Positions 23,131 to 35,500 of a stretch of 36,325 nucleotides of DNA are shown piece after piece. Below the pieces are notes generated by a model, which was given only the letters and a program-made list of their open reading frames with translations, had not been told where the DNA came from and made no database searches. Position numbers and translations under genes: made by a program. The DNA lies in assembly GCA_024626585.2 (NCBI GenBank), contig JANKJI020000004.1, positions 131,612,099 through 131,648,423 of the forward strand, in the 5' to 3' direction. Each line of letters begins with the position of its first letter. Position 1 is the first letter of the stretch. Origin of the DNA: Ginkgo biloba (taxonomy: Eukaryota > Plantae > Ginkgophyta).

Positions 23131-25321
23131 CTTATATAATCAAGGATCCATATAATACTTTCATAAATATATGTATCTTAACTCTTCTAGATGTAATATA
23201 GAGTCATGTTAAAAATTAGGCACCAAAACTTATCCTCCCTAAACTATATGTGTGCCTTGGTCCACGATGAGGAGGAAATGAACTCTAAGAAATCATTCAA
23301 TTTATTTTTCTAGAAAAACTTTGTTATTAGGACCATATCCCTATCTCTATCTAGATCATCTGGGGAGAGAATAAAATGCCAAGAAAATAAACCACCTTTA
23401 AAATGAATGTTTTCCATTTGTAACTCCCTTATTGTCTAGTTGATATCAAGATTATCTTTCACTTTCTACCCAAACTGTTGGGGGATAGTGGTTGGATCAA
23501 TTGGTGGAATTAATCTATAGCTAAGGTCACCTCCTACCTTTGAAGATATGGAAGACAAATTACCTCTATACGAAGGAAAGTTGAAAGGGGGGTTAATAAG
23601 GAGATTTCTTCAACTAAGAAAAGATTGGAAGAATCTCCATTTGATGAAGCTCTAGAGTCTAGGGTAGAAAAAATTACTCATGCTACAAAAGAAAATGAAG
23701 ACAAAAAAGATAAGGAAGCACAAATATGGGAATGATTGCACTAGCTCAAGTTTGGGGATAGGTCGTCCAAGCAATTCTTTCAAGCACTCAGGAAGAAGAA
23801 AACTTTGGAATAAATCTAATCCATTAAGTAGGGCAATAACATAATTACGTCTACCTAAGGCATTGCTCAAGAATTCCATGAATACTACGACTAATTATTT
23901 CTTTCTCAGGGTCAGTCCCTCCCTCTAGCACGTGGAAGCTATAGAGTATTATAAAATAGTTGTCCATACCAAACTTGATTCTACCCAAGCTAAGATTTAT
24001 GATGCTCCCATTGATTTAAGAGAGCTCCATGAAATTATAAAGGAGATGGATAATAAAAAATCCCCCAGATTAGATGGATTCTTGTGTGAATTTTATACAT
24101 GGGACTACATTGGCCCTGTCTTCCTCAAATATTATAAGGAGGCCTTAAAGTTTGGATCCATGGGACCTATAATAAATCAATGTGTCATCAAATTCATTCC
24201 CAAGCCAGAGGACCCTGAGTTGATCACTAGTTGGAGGCTAATTACCTTTCTTGAATGTCTCTTATAATATCCTTGCCAAGGCTATATCTAAAAGGGTTAA
24301 ATATATTCTCACTTTAATCATAAGACCTAAGTAAAGTAGTTTTATTAAAGGAAGATACAACCTTGATAATCTTATCAATGTTTGAGAAGGAATAGAATGG
24401 GACAGGTAGATGAGAAAAAATATTCTCTTCTTAAAAATTAATTTTAAGAAGGTCCATGATAGGATTGAGTGGGATTTCATTTTTATGATGCTTCCATCCT
24501 TAGGCTTTGGTAAAAATATTTTCTTAGGATGACTAGAGTGTTATTTTTGTATACCTCCTCCAAGGTCTCGGTGATTGGTGTAAAATTTCCACCCTTTCAA
24601 CTTTTTCGGTCCATAATACAAGGATGTCCCCTAGTCATAGCCCTCTATGTTTTAGTAGTAGATGCTCTAATATATCTGATAGAGCATAAGCTGGCTCAAA
24701 ATAATATTTTTTTAATATTCTTACCTCCTTTAGGAGGGAAGTAGATGACTAATGGTCACTTTGTAGATGAATCCTTCCTCTCCATCCATACTGACATAAC
24801 TAACATTCAAGAAGCTATGGGATACATTGATGTCTTTTATAAGGCCTCCATATCAACAATTTAATGGAAAATAATTTTGGAATATTGGCTTGTCACTAAA
24901 GAGATCCCAAATTAGGCCTAATAGTTTCCAATGAAATTGGATCCAAACAAGGGAGGTCTTCAAATTTCTTGGCATCCCCTTTAGTTTCCAAGATTCCTTA
25001 GCATTTATGTGGTAGTTCGTGCTCAATAGAATTGAAAAAAAATTGGCTTATTAGGTCACTGAACCCATGATTTTTCTAGCTAGAATCCAAATATCCACTA
25101 AGGTGCTTGCAATTACCCATGTTTACTGTTGGTCTTATTGGGCCCCATCCAAAGCGTCTCATGACAAACTAGCCCAAATGATCAAGATATTTCTCTAGGC
25201 CTCCTCTAAAAAAATACGAAAGGATTTCATAGAGTCAAGTGGGACATCTTCTACCTCCCCAAACATATAAAAGGAATAGGTATTTTTTACCTACAAAGAA
25301 AATCAATGTTGTTTTCTCCAA
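23131..25321 (+). mobile_element. Degenerate L1-type LINE ORF2 (reverse transcriptase)
   Basis: KKSPRLDGFLCEFY, IKFIPKPEDPELITSWRLITFL, YNILAKAISKRVK, FIKGRYNLDN, KINFKKVHDRIEWDF, SIIQGCPL, HFVDES (eroded YADD), KFLGIP: non-LTR RT motifs in order, with stops and frameshifts. Confidence 0.93.
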
Positions 25322-26353
25322 ATGGATTATAAGATCCTTTGNNNNNNNNNNNNNNNNNNNNNNNNNNNNNNNNNNNNNNNNNNNNNNNNNNNNNNNNNNN
25401 NNNNNNNNNNNNNNNNNNNNNNNNNNNNNNNNNNNNNNNNNAAGATGCATGGGTGCATTTAACATAGGTGTGGGTGCATTGCTTTCAATAGGGGCCAACA
25501 TGACTACATTCTACAACTGTAATCCTCTTCCTTGAGTCACCAACTTTGAGATTTAGTATCTCTTTGGAATCTAGAAAAACTAGATGGATTTGTCATCCAT
25601 ATTTTATGATATGGTATCCTAGATGTTATTTAGGAACTTATTGGGTTTAAGAATATTCTTTCTAATAGGATAGTGGTATTTTGGTATCCCAAACATTGTC
25701 TAGGACTCTTATCATCTTTCTTAACAACCCAGAAAGGTGGTCTTCCTTCCAGTAAAGTTACTTTCTAGATTTATGCTAGATTTCCCCAATTGATGGAGGA
25801 GATTATGGGAACCTCCCCAACCTTTTAAGGAGGGTGCACCAATGCATTTTTCCATCACACCCGTCTTAGTCTAAATATTGTTAGGGGACAAGGTGTGAGG
25901 GTTGCATGTGAGGTTTATCCTTATAAACTCTATAATCCCTTCTTATCCTCTATCCTTGAGCTTATCTTAATAAACCCATGCTCATTCAAACTAGATCATA
26001 AGGGAACATATTTCATTTATACTAGATCACAAGAATAATATGTGCATCATTATGTGATAATCTACACATTACCATACTGTAATAATAGTCTGGTTGAACG
26101 ATAATCGTCAACTTAGAATGACTTGATGTCTACAAGGTAGTTAGACTAAGATTGTATTTGGAAAGGATGCACAACATATGGGATCCTTCTATGCTTATGA
26201 TGAATCCATGGGATATTTCTTGTTCGATGTTCCACTCAATAAGTTTTAAATCATAGTCCTTATTTACTCAATGATTTTTTTAAAATGGCCTCTTAAGAAC
26301 TCTTTGTAGAAATCCTCAGTGGTCCAAACTTTAGGTTTTGATCATCTAACCTT

Positions 26354-26415
26354 ATGAATGATAATTTTGTCATCTTAGTTTTCTATGAAAGAGAATTTTG
26401 TTATCTTAGTTTTCT
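26354..26415. repeat. 31-bp tandem duplication
   Basis: atgaatgataattttgtcatcttagttttct / atgaaagagaattttgttatcttagttttct. Confidence 0.8.
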
Positions 26416-26799
26416 TGAATTTAGACAATAGAACCAATTTTCTTCTCTATGATCTTTATACCAATAGAAGGTTGCTAAGGCATCTATTCTTGCCTTCATG
26501 TCGATTATCTTCCAAGTCTCGGTGCCTCAGTTACTTATAGATGATTAATCCATCTATCCTATATCTGATACTAATTCCTTAATATTTTATACACTCTAAT
26601 AGTTGTATTAGATCCTAGATATGACCTTTCTTCCTACAATGAGTTTAAACTCAAACATGTAAATGAAATATCACACATATCAACAATCACACAAAGAGAT
26701 GAATTAATAAATGAAAACAACACAATTACATTCAATCTTCATTTTTAAATTACACTCGATTCTTACACTTTTAGTATTCTAGCCCATACATATTTACAG

Positions 26800-27823
26800 G
26801 CAAATTACTTTAAACAAAATTGGTGAGAAGTCCCTTTCTATCGTTAATTCTATCTAATCTCGTTGCATCCATTTAACAATTACTAATTACTCTACTTAAG
26901 GTGTATCTCTACCCACTGTAAAATATAAGTACATCATAAAATATCCCCTATAGTTAGTTTCCTACTAGTGAAGCATATCAATCAATATCTCATCTAGCAG
27001 TCTTAACACACATTCAATTGCCTTCATTGATGCATCAACATGGACATGGAAATATTTCTTCTAGTTCAAGAATCATAGCATAGGAGATTTTGTGATATGC
27101 CTATTTAGTTCTTCAAATGCCACTTGCTCTGTTTCACTCTAATGCCAAGGTTTATTATTTTTTAGCAATCTCTCTAAAGGGGCTACAATAAAATCATAGC
27201 AATATAAAAATTATTGATAATACTCAGTCAATCCTAAAAATCCTCAAAATCTCCTCTGGTTCTATGGTACTAGGAAATTTAGGATTAAATTGACCTTCAC
27301 TAGGTCAATCAATATGCCTTCCTTAGTTACTATATAGCCTAGTAGATTTTCATAAGGCACCATAAAATTGAACTTATTTAGATTTAAGCAAATTCCTTTC
27401 TCTTTATAAACTTGTGACATAGTCCTCAATACTTCCAAATGGTTATCAATCATTATCTGCAACGTCTAGTCATCCAAAAATACTTCCACTATTTTTTTGA
27501 TAAAGTCTCAAAAAATATAATTGATTATTATACGTTGGAATGTAGAAGGTGTATTACAAAGGCTAAACGGCATTTGATCATAAAATTTGACTTTCATTGA
27601 TCTTCCTCAACATTATGTACCTAATTTTACCCATTGAATCGATATGTAAAAGAATATGCCTTATAACCACTTACCTTGTCTAATATATCCTTTATGAAAG
27701 GTAAGTGAAAATGATCTATCTTTGTGACTTTATTTAGTGCTCTATAAGCCACACAGACTTTGATCTTCCCATTTTTCTTCTACACAATTACTATAAGGAT
27801 TACCCGTTCATTGTTTCCAATCC
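26800..27823 (-). mobile_element. Degenerate Ty3/gypsy (Athila/Tat-like) RT-RNase H
   Basis: VCVAYRALNKVTKIDHFHLPFIKDILDKVSGYKAYSF (consensus VCVDYRKLNKVTKKDHFPLPFIDQ.L), MPFSLCNTPSTFQR, FLDD*, ORF 27262 LLGYIVTKEGILID..KV, and RNase H KYFHVHVDAS. Confidence 0.9.
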
Positions 27824-29419
27824 NNNNNNNNNNNNNNNNNNNNNNNNNNNNNNNNNNNNNNNNNNNNNNNNNNNNNNNNNNNNNNNNNNNNNNNNNNNNN
27901 NNNNNNNNNNNNNNNNNNNNNNNNNNNNNNNNNNNNNNNNNNNNNNNNNNNNNNNNNNNNNNNNNNNNNNNNNNNNNNNNNNNNNNNNNNNNNNNNNNNN
28001 NNNNNNNNNNNNNNNNNNNNNNNNNNNNNNNNNNNNNNNNNNNNNNNNNNNNNNNNNNNNNNNNNNNNNNNNNNNNNNNNNNNNNNNNNNNNNNNNNNNN
28101 NNNNNNNNNNNNNNNNNNNNNNNNNNNNNNNNTGAATTGTGTTAGATTCATTATTAAGCAAGCCTGTGAGTAAATATTTGGGCTTCTTTATAATCTTATT
28201 CATGTTTTCCATTGTGAGGGAGTTCCAGTGGTTAAAGAAGAATTTTTTCCTTGTTAGTAATCCAGTGTTAAAGTTCATACATATTTTTGAACGTGTAAGT
28301 AGCATGTAGAAGGGTGAATTTTTGTTCTAAAATAATTCTACCACAAACTATGAAGGTTGCAAGGAGGAGTGGAGATTGTGTGAAAGATGCAAAGACCATA
28401 TACAAGGATCATGGAATGTGGGTGTTGACATCGTGGAACTCATAGAGACATAGAATAACTAGTGCAAGTGAAATGTGCAGGTTTGGAGGAAGATAGGTCC
28501 ATTGAAGGGTCATTGAGGCACTCTTGAACTATTAGAGGTTGTTGGCTTAAGTGTTAAAGTAATCTCTGGGTGGTGCACCCATAAGAGAAGTGAGGAGGAT
28601 CTTGTGAGGAGGTAGAAATACCACTCGAAGACACTGTAGTGTCACTCTGGGCCGCATCAAGGACTAGTATAAGCACAAGTTATGGGTGATAGAGTTATAG
28701 GTGATGCAAGCTGCATAGGTCTATGAGATTAGGGTGACTAGTGCAAAGATGCGGGATCTATGGGTGTCATCGTGAAATTGGCTTATAGAAATTTGTTAGA
28801 TGTGGGTGATCTAGAGTTGTAGGTGATAATTCCTAGGAATACAAGGTGTTGCACTTTGAAGGAATATCATTGTAGATCTAAGACACTATAGGTCTAGTCG
28901 AAGGGCTTGAGGTCACAGATTGTAGGGAGTTATGCTCACAAGAGAAACATCGAGGTGATTTGAGCTTATGGGAGTTGTAAGGAACCTTCAAGGGACTTCA
29001 AAGAAGGTGCAGGACCTATAGGCCATGATGTAATTGATCTGAGATGCCATAGAAGGGGATCCAAAGCCAAAATTGATAAAATCCTGGAGTTGAAGAAAAA
29101 TCCCATGTCGTAGGAGGAATTTTTTTTTTTTAAATTAATCTTTTATTATTATTTTTTAAATGTTTAAGCTTAATTAACTCAAATTAAATAAAAATTTTAA
29201 TTCTGCAACTTAAAAGACACTAANNNNNNNNNNNNNNNNNNNNNNNNNNNNNNNNNNNNNNNNNNNNNNNNNNNNNNNNNNNNNNNNNNNNNNNNNNNNN
29301 NNNNNNNNNNNNNNNNNNNNNNNAAGAGTGTAACACATGCATCGTATGCTCATTATTTCCTTTTATTTATTTATAATTTTAGTCCTTTATCAATGGCAAG
29401 TAATTATCATAATTTAGGT

Positions 29420-29830
29420 GGCTTCCTATTCCCATATCCTATCTCATCTTGTTTCCATTCTATTTCTCATCTTTATTTCCTATTTCTATCTCATCCCCTA
29501 TCTCCTATCTCCCATCTTGTTTTTATCCCATCCCCCACCTCGCATCTCGTTCTTATCCCATTTGCCATCATGTTCTTGCCTCTAGTTTTTGTGCTTATGT
29601 TGTCTTATTTTGTCTCCCATCTTGTTCACATATCCCCTTTGATATCTCTTCTTATCTAACTTGCATTCTCGATTCCCATCTATATTTTTTATTTCCATCT
29701 CATCTCTTGTCCCATTTTTATTTTTTTCATCATTATTTATTATTCATATCCCATCCATCACCTCCCATCTCGTTCGTGTCATATCTTCTATCCCATTCGC
29801 ATATTCTGTCCCATTCCTATCTCCCATTTA
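29420..29830. repeat. Pyrimidine-rich cryptic repeat ((c)tcccatct / tatccca motifs)
   Basis: Many imperfect copies of ctcccatct(c/t)gtt and atccca(t) on a strongly C/T-biased + strand. Confidence 0.7.
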
Positions 29831-30526
29831 TTATTTATTTATTTGAGCGCATGAGAGGGGAGGTGGTATGTCAAACACACCTAGTTTTTTAGTATATGAT
29901 ATAGATTATATATTCTTTCATAGCTTTTATATTTCCAAAAAGAGAGGGGAGAGAGGTGTTTATTATGACAAATAATTGTCACATATCAATTATTGTTGAA
30001 TGTACTTAGTATTGAAATAGATAATATTAAACTAATTTCCATTTACATTTGAAGCTATAATAATGATTTTATTTATATTTATTATTAGAGTATAGGTAAT
30101 AGGGTGTGGTCAATCGGACATCAATTTTTTTAGTAATAAGTATATATGTATCTATACACAAATATAAGAAAATCCTATGAAATATAATCCATCCATCCAC
30201 CATCCCATGACTAAGTATTAATGATCAATGGCTTAGTAAAGAGCATTCATTATCTAAAAACAAAACTAATCAATTAGAAACCAAAGTGTTTAACAATCCA
30301 TCCCCCCATCCATAAAAATAATAAAAGTTAAAATGTATTGGGCATAAAATTTATCCTTAATTATTATTGGATTTATTTTTAATCATAGATAGCTCAATAA
30401 TAAACTAGGGTTAAATTAAAAAATTANNNNNNNNNNNNNNNNNNNNNNNNNNNNNNNNNNNNNNNNNNNNNNNNNNNNNNNNNNNNNNNNNNNNNNNNNN
30501 NNNNNNNNNNNNNNNNNNNNNNNNNN

Positions 30527-30823
30527 AGAAAGACAAAGGGAAAGGCGAAAGGATTCGCTTGGGGAAGCTAACTCGTTCTCTTGGGGGAACCGATTCGAAT
30601 GGCTCTCCATCTCTCCATCTCTTGATTGACCGTAGGGTCTACCATCAGGGGATCGGATGGGGCTCTCTTGGGAACAATCTCTCTCTGAAATTGAACGAAT
30701 CCATAGCTAGCTTGTTGCATCACCTTGCACTGAAGTCATGAGCAACCGACAATCAAATGATGGAGCAAATCCCCTCATGCTCAATCGGAGGTATGCTAGT
30801 ATTTGGAGCAGAATCTGGTAAGT
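30527..30823 (+). other. Candidate 5' exon of an unidentified gene (CpG-retaining, ends at consensus donor)
   Basis: About 10 CpGs in about 300 bp against a CpG-depleted background. Consensus donor G|GTAAGT at 30818 and alternative AG|GTATGC at 30791, followed by T-rich intron-like sequence. Confidence 0.4.
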
Positions 30824-32174
30824 TTTCTGGACTTCACTTGCAGTTCTAAATACTTGTTTACACTTATAAAAACTATTCAAGCTTGCATTTGGTTTACAAT
30901 AGATAGAATTTACATAAAATGTTCTTTAAGGAGAGAGTCAATGTCAAACCTTTTCTACCAAATGATTTACAAAAAACCTTAAATGCATAGTTGGCAATCT
31001 ATTGTTTGTTTGCCCATTATTAAATTCACTTAGTATGAACTTTTATTAGTTAACCTTAAAACATATTCAAACTTGCATTCATTGGTTCATAATATATAGT
31101 ATTTGATTTCAAACTTGCAACGTAAACTTTATTGAAGGAAAGAGTCAATGTTAGACATTTTGCAGCTCAACATCTGTGTTTGCATCAAGGCAATTGTTGA
31201 GACTCTTTCATCCTAATTTTGAATACATCTTTTTGTTCGTTTGGTATCTGTCTTAGTTTTGGATAGAACAGAAATATTCCTCTGATGATTGTGTTTGGCC
31301 TGTAATGAAATATGAAGTAATCCCTTTGTCTTTTTGGAAAGCTTTTCTGGTTGTAAGCATCCAAAGTAATTTCATGTACTTGGACTTGGATTGATTTTTA
31401 CTTCCTAATTGAAGCATCAAACGTGTAGAAATCCAACAACATAATGATCTGGTTCTCTATTATACAACCTTCCTCCTCCAATGGCTTGCCTTTTATAGCC
31501 GATATTCGAGAGACAACATTCCCCATCATAATGGCTAGGTTTGGTTAATCTTAATGGTAGCAACAATCTTTTCCATTAATGCTTACAACGTATTTTCATG
31601 GGCTCCCATTAGTCAACTCTATCTCTCACAATCGCCTGGTGGATGGTGCATTTAATATCGCTACCTATAGATAATGTCTACTTATGTGTGTTCTTCCATC
31701 AGTCTTATTGATGTATGCACTTGAGCTAAATTAGTCACTTAGAACCTTTTCTCATTAGTTCTTTGACTTAACCTACCATATCATTGTTTGTTTCTACCTT
31801 GTTTGTTGACATTTGTTTTCTTTGGAATTCGATGTCAGTTTAAGGACATTGACCTATACTAACCAGATCATACTTCCTTCCACCCTGTGGATGATCATCG
31901 GTTGCCAAATCTTTATAATGTTGACGTCCACCTTTTGTTCGGCATCATCGACATGGGCCTCATCTTATTGAGAATGTCGGTCATTCCTCAGCCGATGATG
32001 TTAGCCTCCAATATCTACTCATGATGGCATTGGTTTATCTCTAAAAAATATACCTCCTATTTAAAATTTTATTAGTTTGCTAAAATAAAATACCTTGGGT
32101 ACATAGTTACAACTTCTCTTTCTCTACCACCCAAAATTATGCACTTTATTAGGGTGTAACTATTATGCCCTCAC

Positions 32175-32517
32175 ATTAACCTCCCTTTCTAACAAAAAGC
32201 TATAGGTCCTCCTACAAGAATTTATCTTCAAATTCTACCATTTCTCATCTTCCAAGCCTTTTAACAATTCTTTTGTGATCTATGTGCATTCTCCTTAGGA
32301 CAAACCTTCCCATTGTACTAGGTTCTTATTGTAGTTGCATCTTCTTATCCTCACAATCCTTTTGTCCAAAACAACTTCCACCCTTTTCTTCTTCTTTCTA
32401 GGCAACTGACTTTGCTAATCAACCAAGGAAACTTCTTCCAATATATCATTACCCAAACATTAACAAAAGTATACCACATTAAAAGTAAGAGAAATATCAT
32501 ATTCTACTAGAAAATCC
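32175..32517 (-). mobile_element. Degenerate gypsy integrase tail, chromodomain, PPT and start of 3' LTR
   Basis: VEYDISLTFNVV (consensus ISPTFNV.DL), RVEVVLDKRIVRIRR..YNKNLVQWEGLS*GECT*IT (chromodomain), then PPT agaaagggagg (32190-32180) followed by TGtgagg at 32175. Confidence 0.72.
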
Positions 32518-35500
32518 NNNNNNNNNNNNNNNNNNNNNNNNNNNNNNNNNNNNNNNNNNNNNNNNNNNNNNNNNNNNNNNNNNNNNNNNNNNNNNNNNNN
32601 NNNNNNNNNNNNNNNNNGACATAAAGAAAAGGACACAGAAATAGACCACAGAGAACAAAGACCGTATGTAGGGATCACTTTTAAACAGAACAGAATAGAG
32701 AAACAAACTTCAAAACAGGTTCATCTTCATAATTAATGGTTAACCTGGTGGTCCCCATGTAGGAACATTTATGGCGTTTTCTAAGATTTATTTGGCTGCC
32801 GAAACATTTGTCTGGTCCCATGAAATGGCGAAAAATTACTCTCAGCAGACTGCTGAGCAAAAATAGTTGTGTGGAAGAGGAAAAACAGGGGTTTTGATGC
32901 AATGGATGGAGTCCAAGTGTCAGTTGGAGTTGTTAAAGCTAGTCCCCACCCCTTTCCAGCAGCAACTTCCTAAAAAGTAGGGGCTTCAAGTTTTCTGGGA
33001 AAGATTTTAATCTCCCCTTCTGGTAGTCTCTTTTTATCTTCATGAGACCCAAAATCCCAGGAAATTTGTAGCTTAGCTCCTGTAACTCTATTTCCACTCC
33101 TTACAAATGAACAGCATTAAATTTCTATTTTGCCTCCTACACACTCTTCATCATTTGTACCATATATCTCATAGGTAGGTGAGCATATTATGGTGGCCAA
33201 CTGTGGCTACACTTGTGACTACTTCATTTTCACTTTCTAATAAGTAATCGCTAGTGCAACTGTACCAATCTCCCTAACTGCTAGAACATGTGTTCACTTC
33301 TTCGTCCTTGTAATTAGGACTTGATGGATGTTCTTAGTATAGCTATGTCCTTGAGGTCTAAAAAAGTCCCTAATAACTAGGACCTGTCCAAAGTTTTGAC
33401 TATAACTAACTTGTCCAAGACTACAACTCTTCGAAGTGGTAAATGCAATTGTTACTACCTATTTATATTGGACCAATCACTGATTGTATTATTATTCACA
33501 AGGCTGTTTCAAATCCTACAGTTTAAGCTTGTTTCCCTTAAAACATGCTGGCAATGATGTTTGGTAAAAGGGAACTTTTAAAAAATGGCCTGAACTTCCC
33601 ATGAAGTGTCTTGCACAGGGTGGTTAATCTAAATTATTATAATAATTTGTCTAGGCTGATACATCCCAGAGATTTCTGAAACATAATTCTAATGTTCAGA
33701 GAACTGAACCTATTTGCAACCTTATAGATAAACACATCCTTAGGTCTAATTGGGGTTGTAGCTTAACATAGCCTCATTAAAGTCTTAATTTCGCTCCCTT
33801 GAGCAAACTGTTATCAATTTTAACATATTTGATGACTTATGGACCCTAAATATTATAGTCAATACATTAGACAGAATCAAATAAGCTTCAGGTATACCAC
33901 ACCTCTCACGAAGACTTTGCCCTCAAAGTTCTATCCATTAACTCTAATTGCAATAGATATAACTCATTTATCTTCTTATGTGTGAACTGGGAGAAGAACT
34001 TTTTATTTTCAACAGCTAAGTCTATCAAGAGACTCTAAATATTATCATCTTATGTCTATACCTGGAGAGCATCCCTCTTCTATTGTTCTAACTTTATGCC
34101 TCCTGGATCTTGAATGAGAGATGGATCTGCAATTACCAAATACTAGAATGGAGAGAAAAAANNNNNNNNNNNNNNNNNNNNNNNNNNNNNNNNNNNNNNN
34201 NNNNNNNNNNNNNNNNNNNNNNNNNNNNNNNNNNNNNNNNNNNNNNNNNNNNNNNNNNNNNGAGAAATGGAAAATGCATATGGCCTAAAATATATTCAAC
34301 ATGCACAAGTGTCAAGAAATAACCAATGCCTACTACCACAGAGTAGTTAGGTCCCTTATCTCTATTGTTTTGAAGGAATTCACTTAACTTTTATGTTGGT
34401 TTAGTTATCGTTTGCATGCATAGCATAGATAAATATTGGAACTAATGTGACCTCATGCTTATTTAAAAATTGGTCACTATTTCAACCCCTATGAAATAAA
34501 AATATATGGGGTGTTGTGAAAATTTTAGTACAAAAATAGAAAAAATTTATGTTATAGAGAGATATACAAAGCCACCTTCCCATGTGACCACTCTTAGGGT
34601 TTATGTATGTGGGATTAGGGTTTGTTAGTTATATTATTTTCTATTTTGGTGTAAAGAGAATACAACAAAAGAAATAAGATGAGGAAAATGAGGTCAACAT
34701 TATACCAATGGTAGGATTCTTCCCTTCAACATTATCTCTCATTCTTGGACACTCTTTCAATCTTATTTATTGAAAACAAATGTACGTATAAAGGTCCTAT
34801 CACCCTCTTTATTTACAAATTTAGTTGTTGTAAGTAATCCCCTTTTAAGGTTTCTTATGTTTTGATTGAACATAGCTAGTCACCCTCATTGAAAAATTCT
34901 TCTTGTTTTAAGGGTCATTTCTTGATTTGCTCAGGGCAAGGATTTAGATTTTCCCAAACCTTAATGGACCATGAATAATGCAAAACAAGGTGCAAATCCA
35001 TGTTAGGATTAATGAGTATTGTGTTTCCTTTGTTAGACTTGAACTCAGTTGCTTTGTATCTGCCTTAAAATGGTCATTTGGAATGAAATGCCCATTGATG
35101 TTGTCTGGTTTAGAATAAGGTTCAACAGACTCCAGGCATCCATCTTTGAGGAATACAGATAGACGAGGATAATTTCAATGCATGCCAATTGGTTTGGCTA
35201 TGCACTAATTTTCTTTAGTACTACAGGCTGGTTGCAACTTATTATTGTGTTCAAGTAATGTGCTGGCCAATTGGCAATCAAATTTGCTCATGTCGCACTA
35301 CGTTCATTCCACATAGTTCTCCTCATCTGATTATTTTTGGTCTTTAGGGGTTAGGTTCAACTCCTCTTTCTGTTGTAACATTGGGTTGCTGATTGTGTTT
35401 GGGCATGTTGCACTCCCTCCATTTCATATTAGTCTGTTTGAGTTAGCTTCAACAGTTGAGCTAGGTTCAACTCAATCGTTGAAACAATGGGTTGCCAATT

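Noticed and set aside
26314-26330. 12-nt inverted match (ggaccactgagg) to the end of the UBA1 fragment
   Set aside because: Too short and does not extend; likely chance.
29393-29892. Three overlapping ORFs rich in F/S/L/H/P
   Set aside because: By-product of the C/T-rich low-complexity repeat.
30550-30680. Partial resemblance to miR168 (tcgcttgg) and miR395 (ttgggggaac)
   Set aside because: Matches are only 8-10 nt and no extended fold-back was visible.
33890-34160. Possible minus-strand chromovirus tail (tttgagggcaaagtcttcgtgagagg)
   Set aside because: Too degenerate to translate into a convincing chromodomain by eye.
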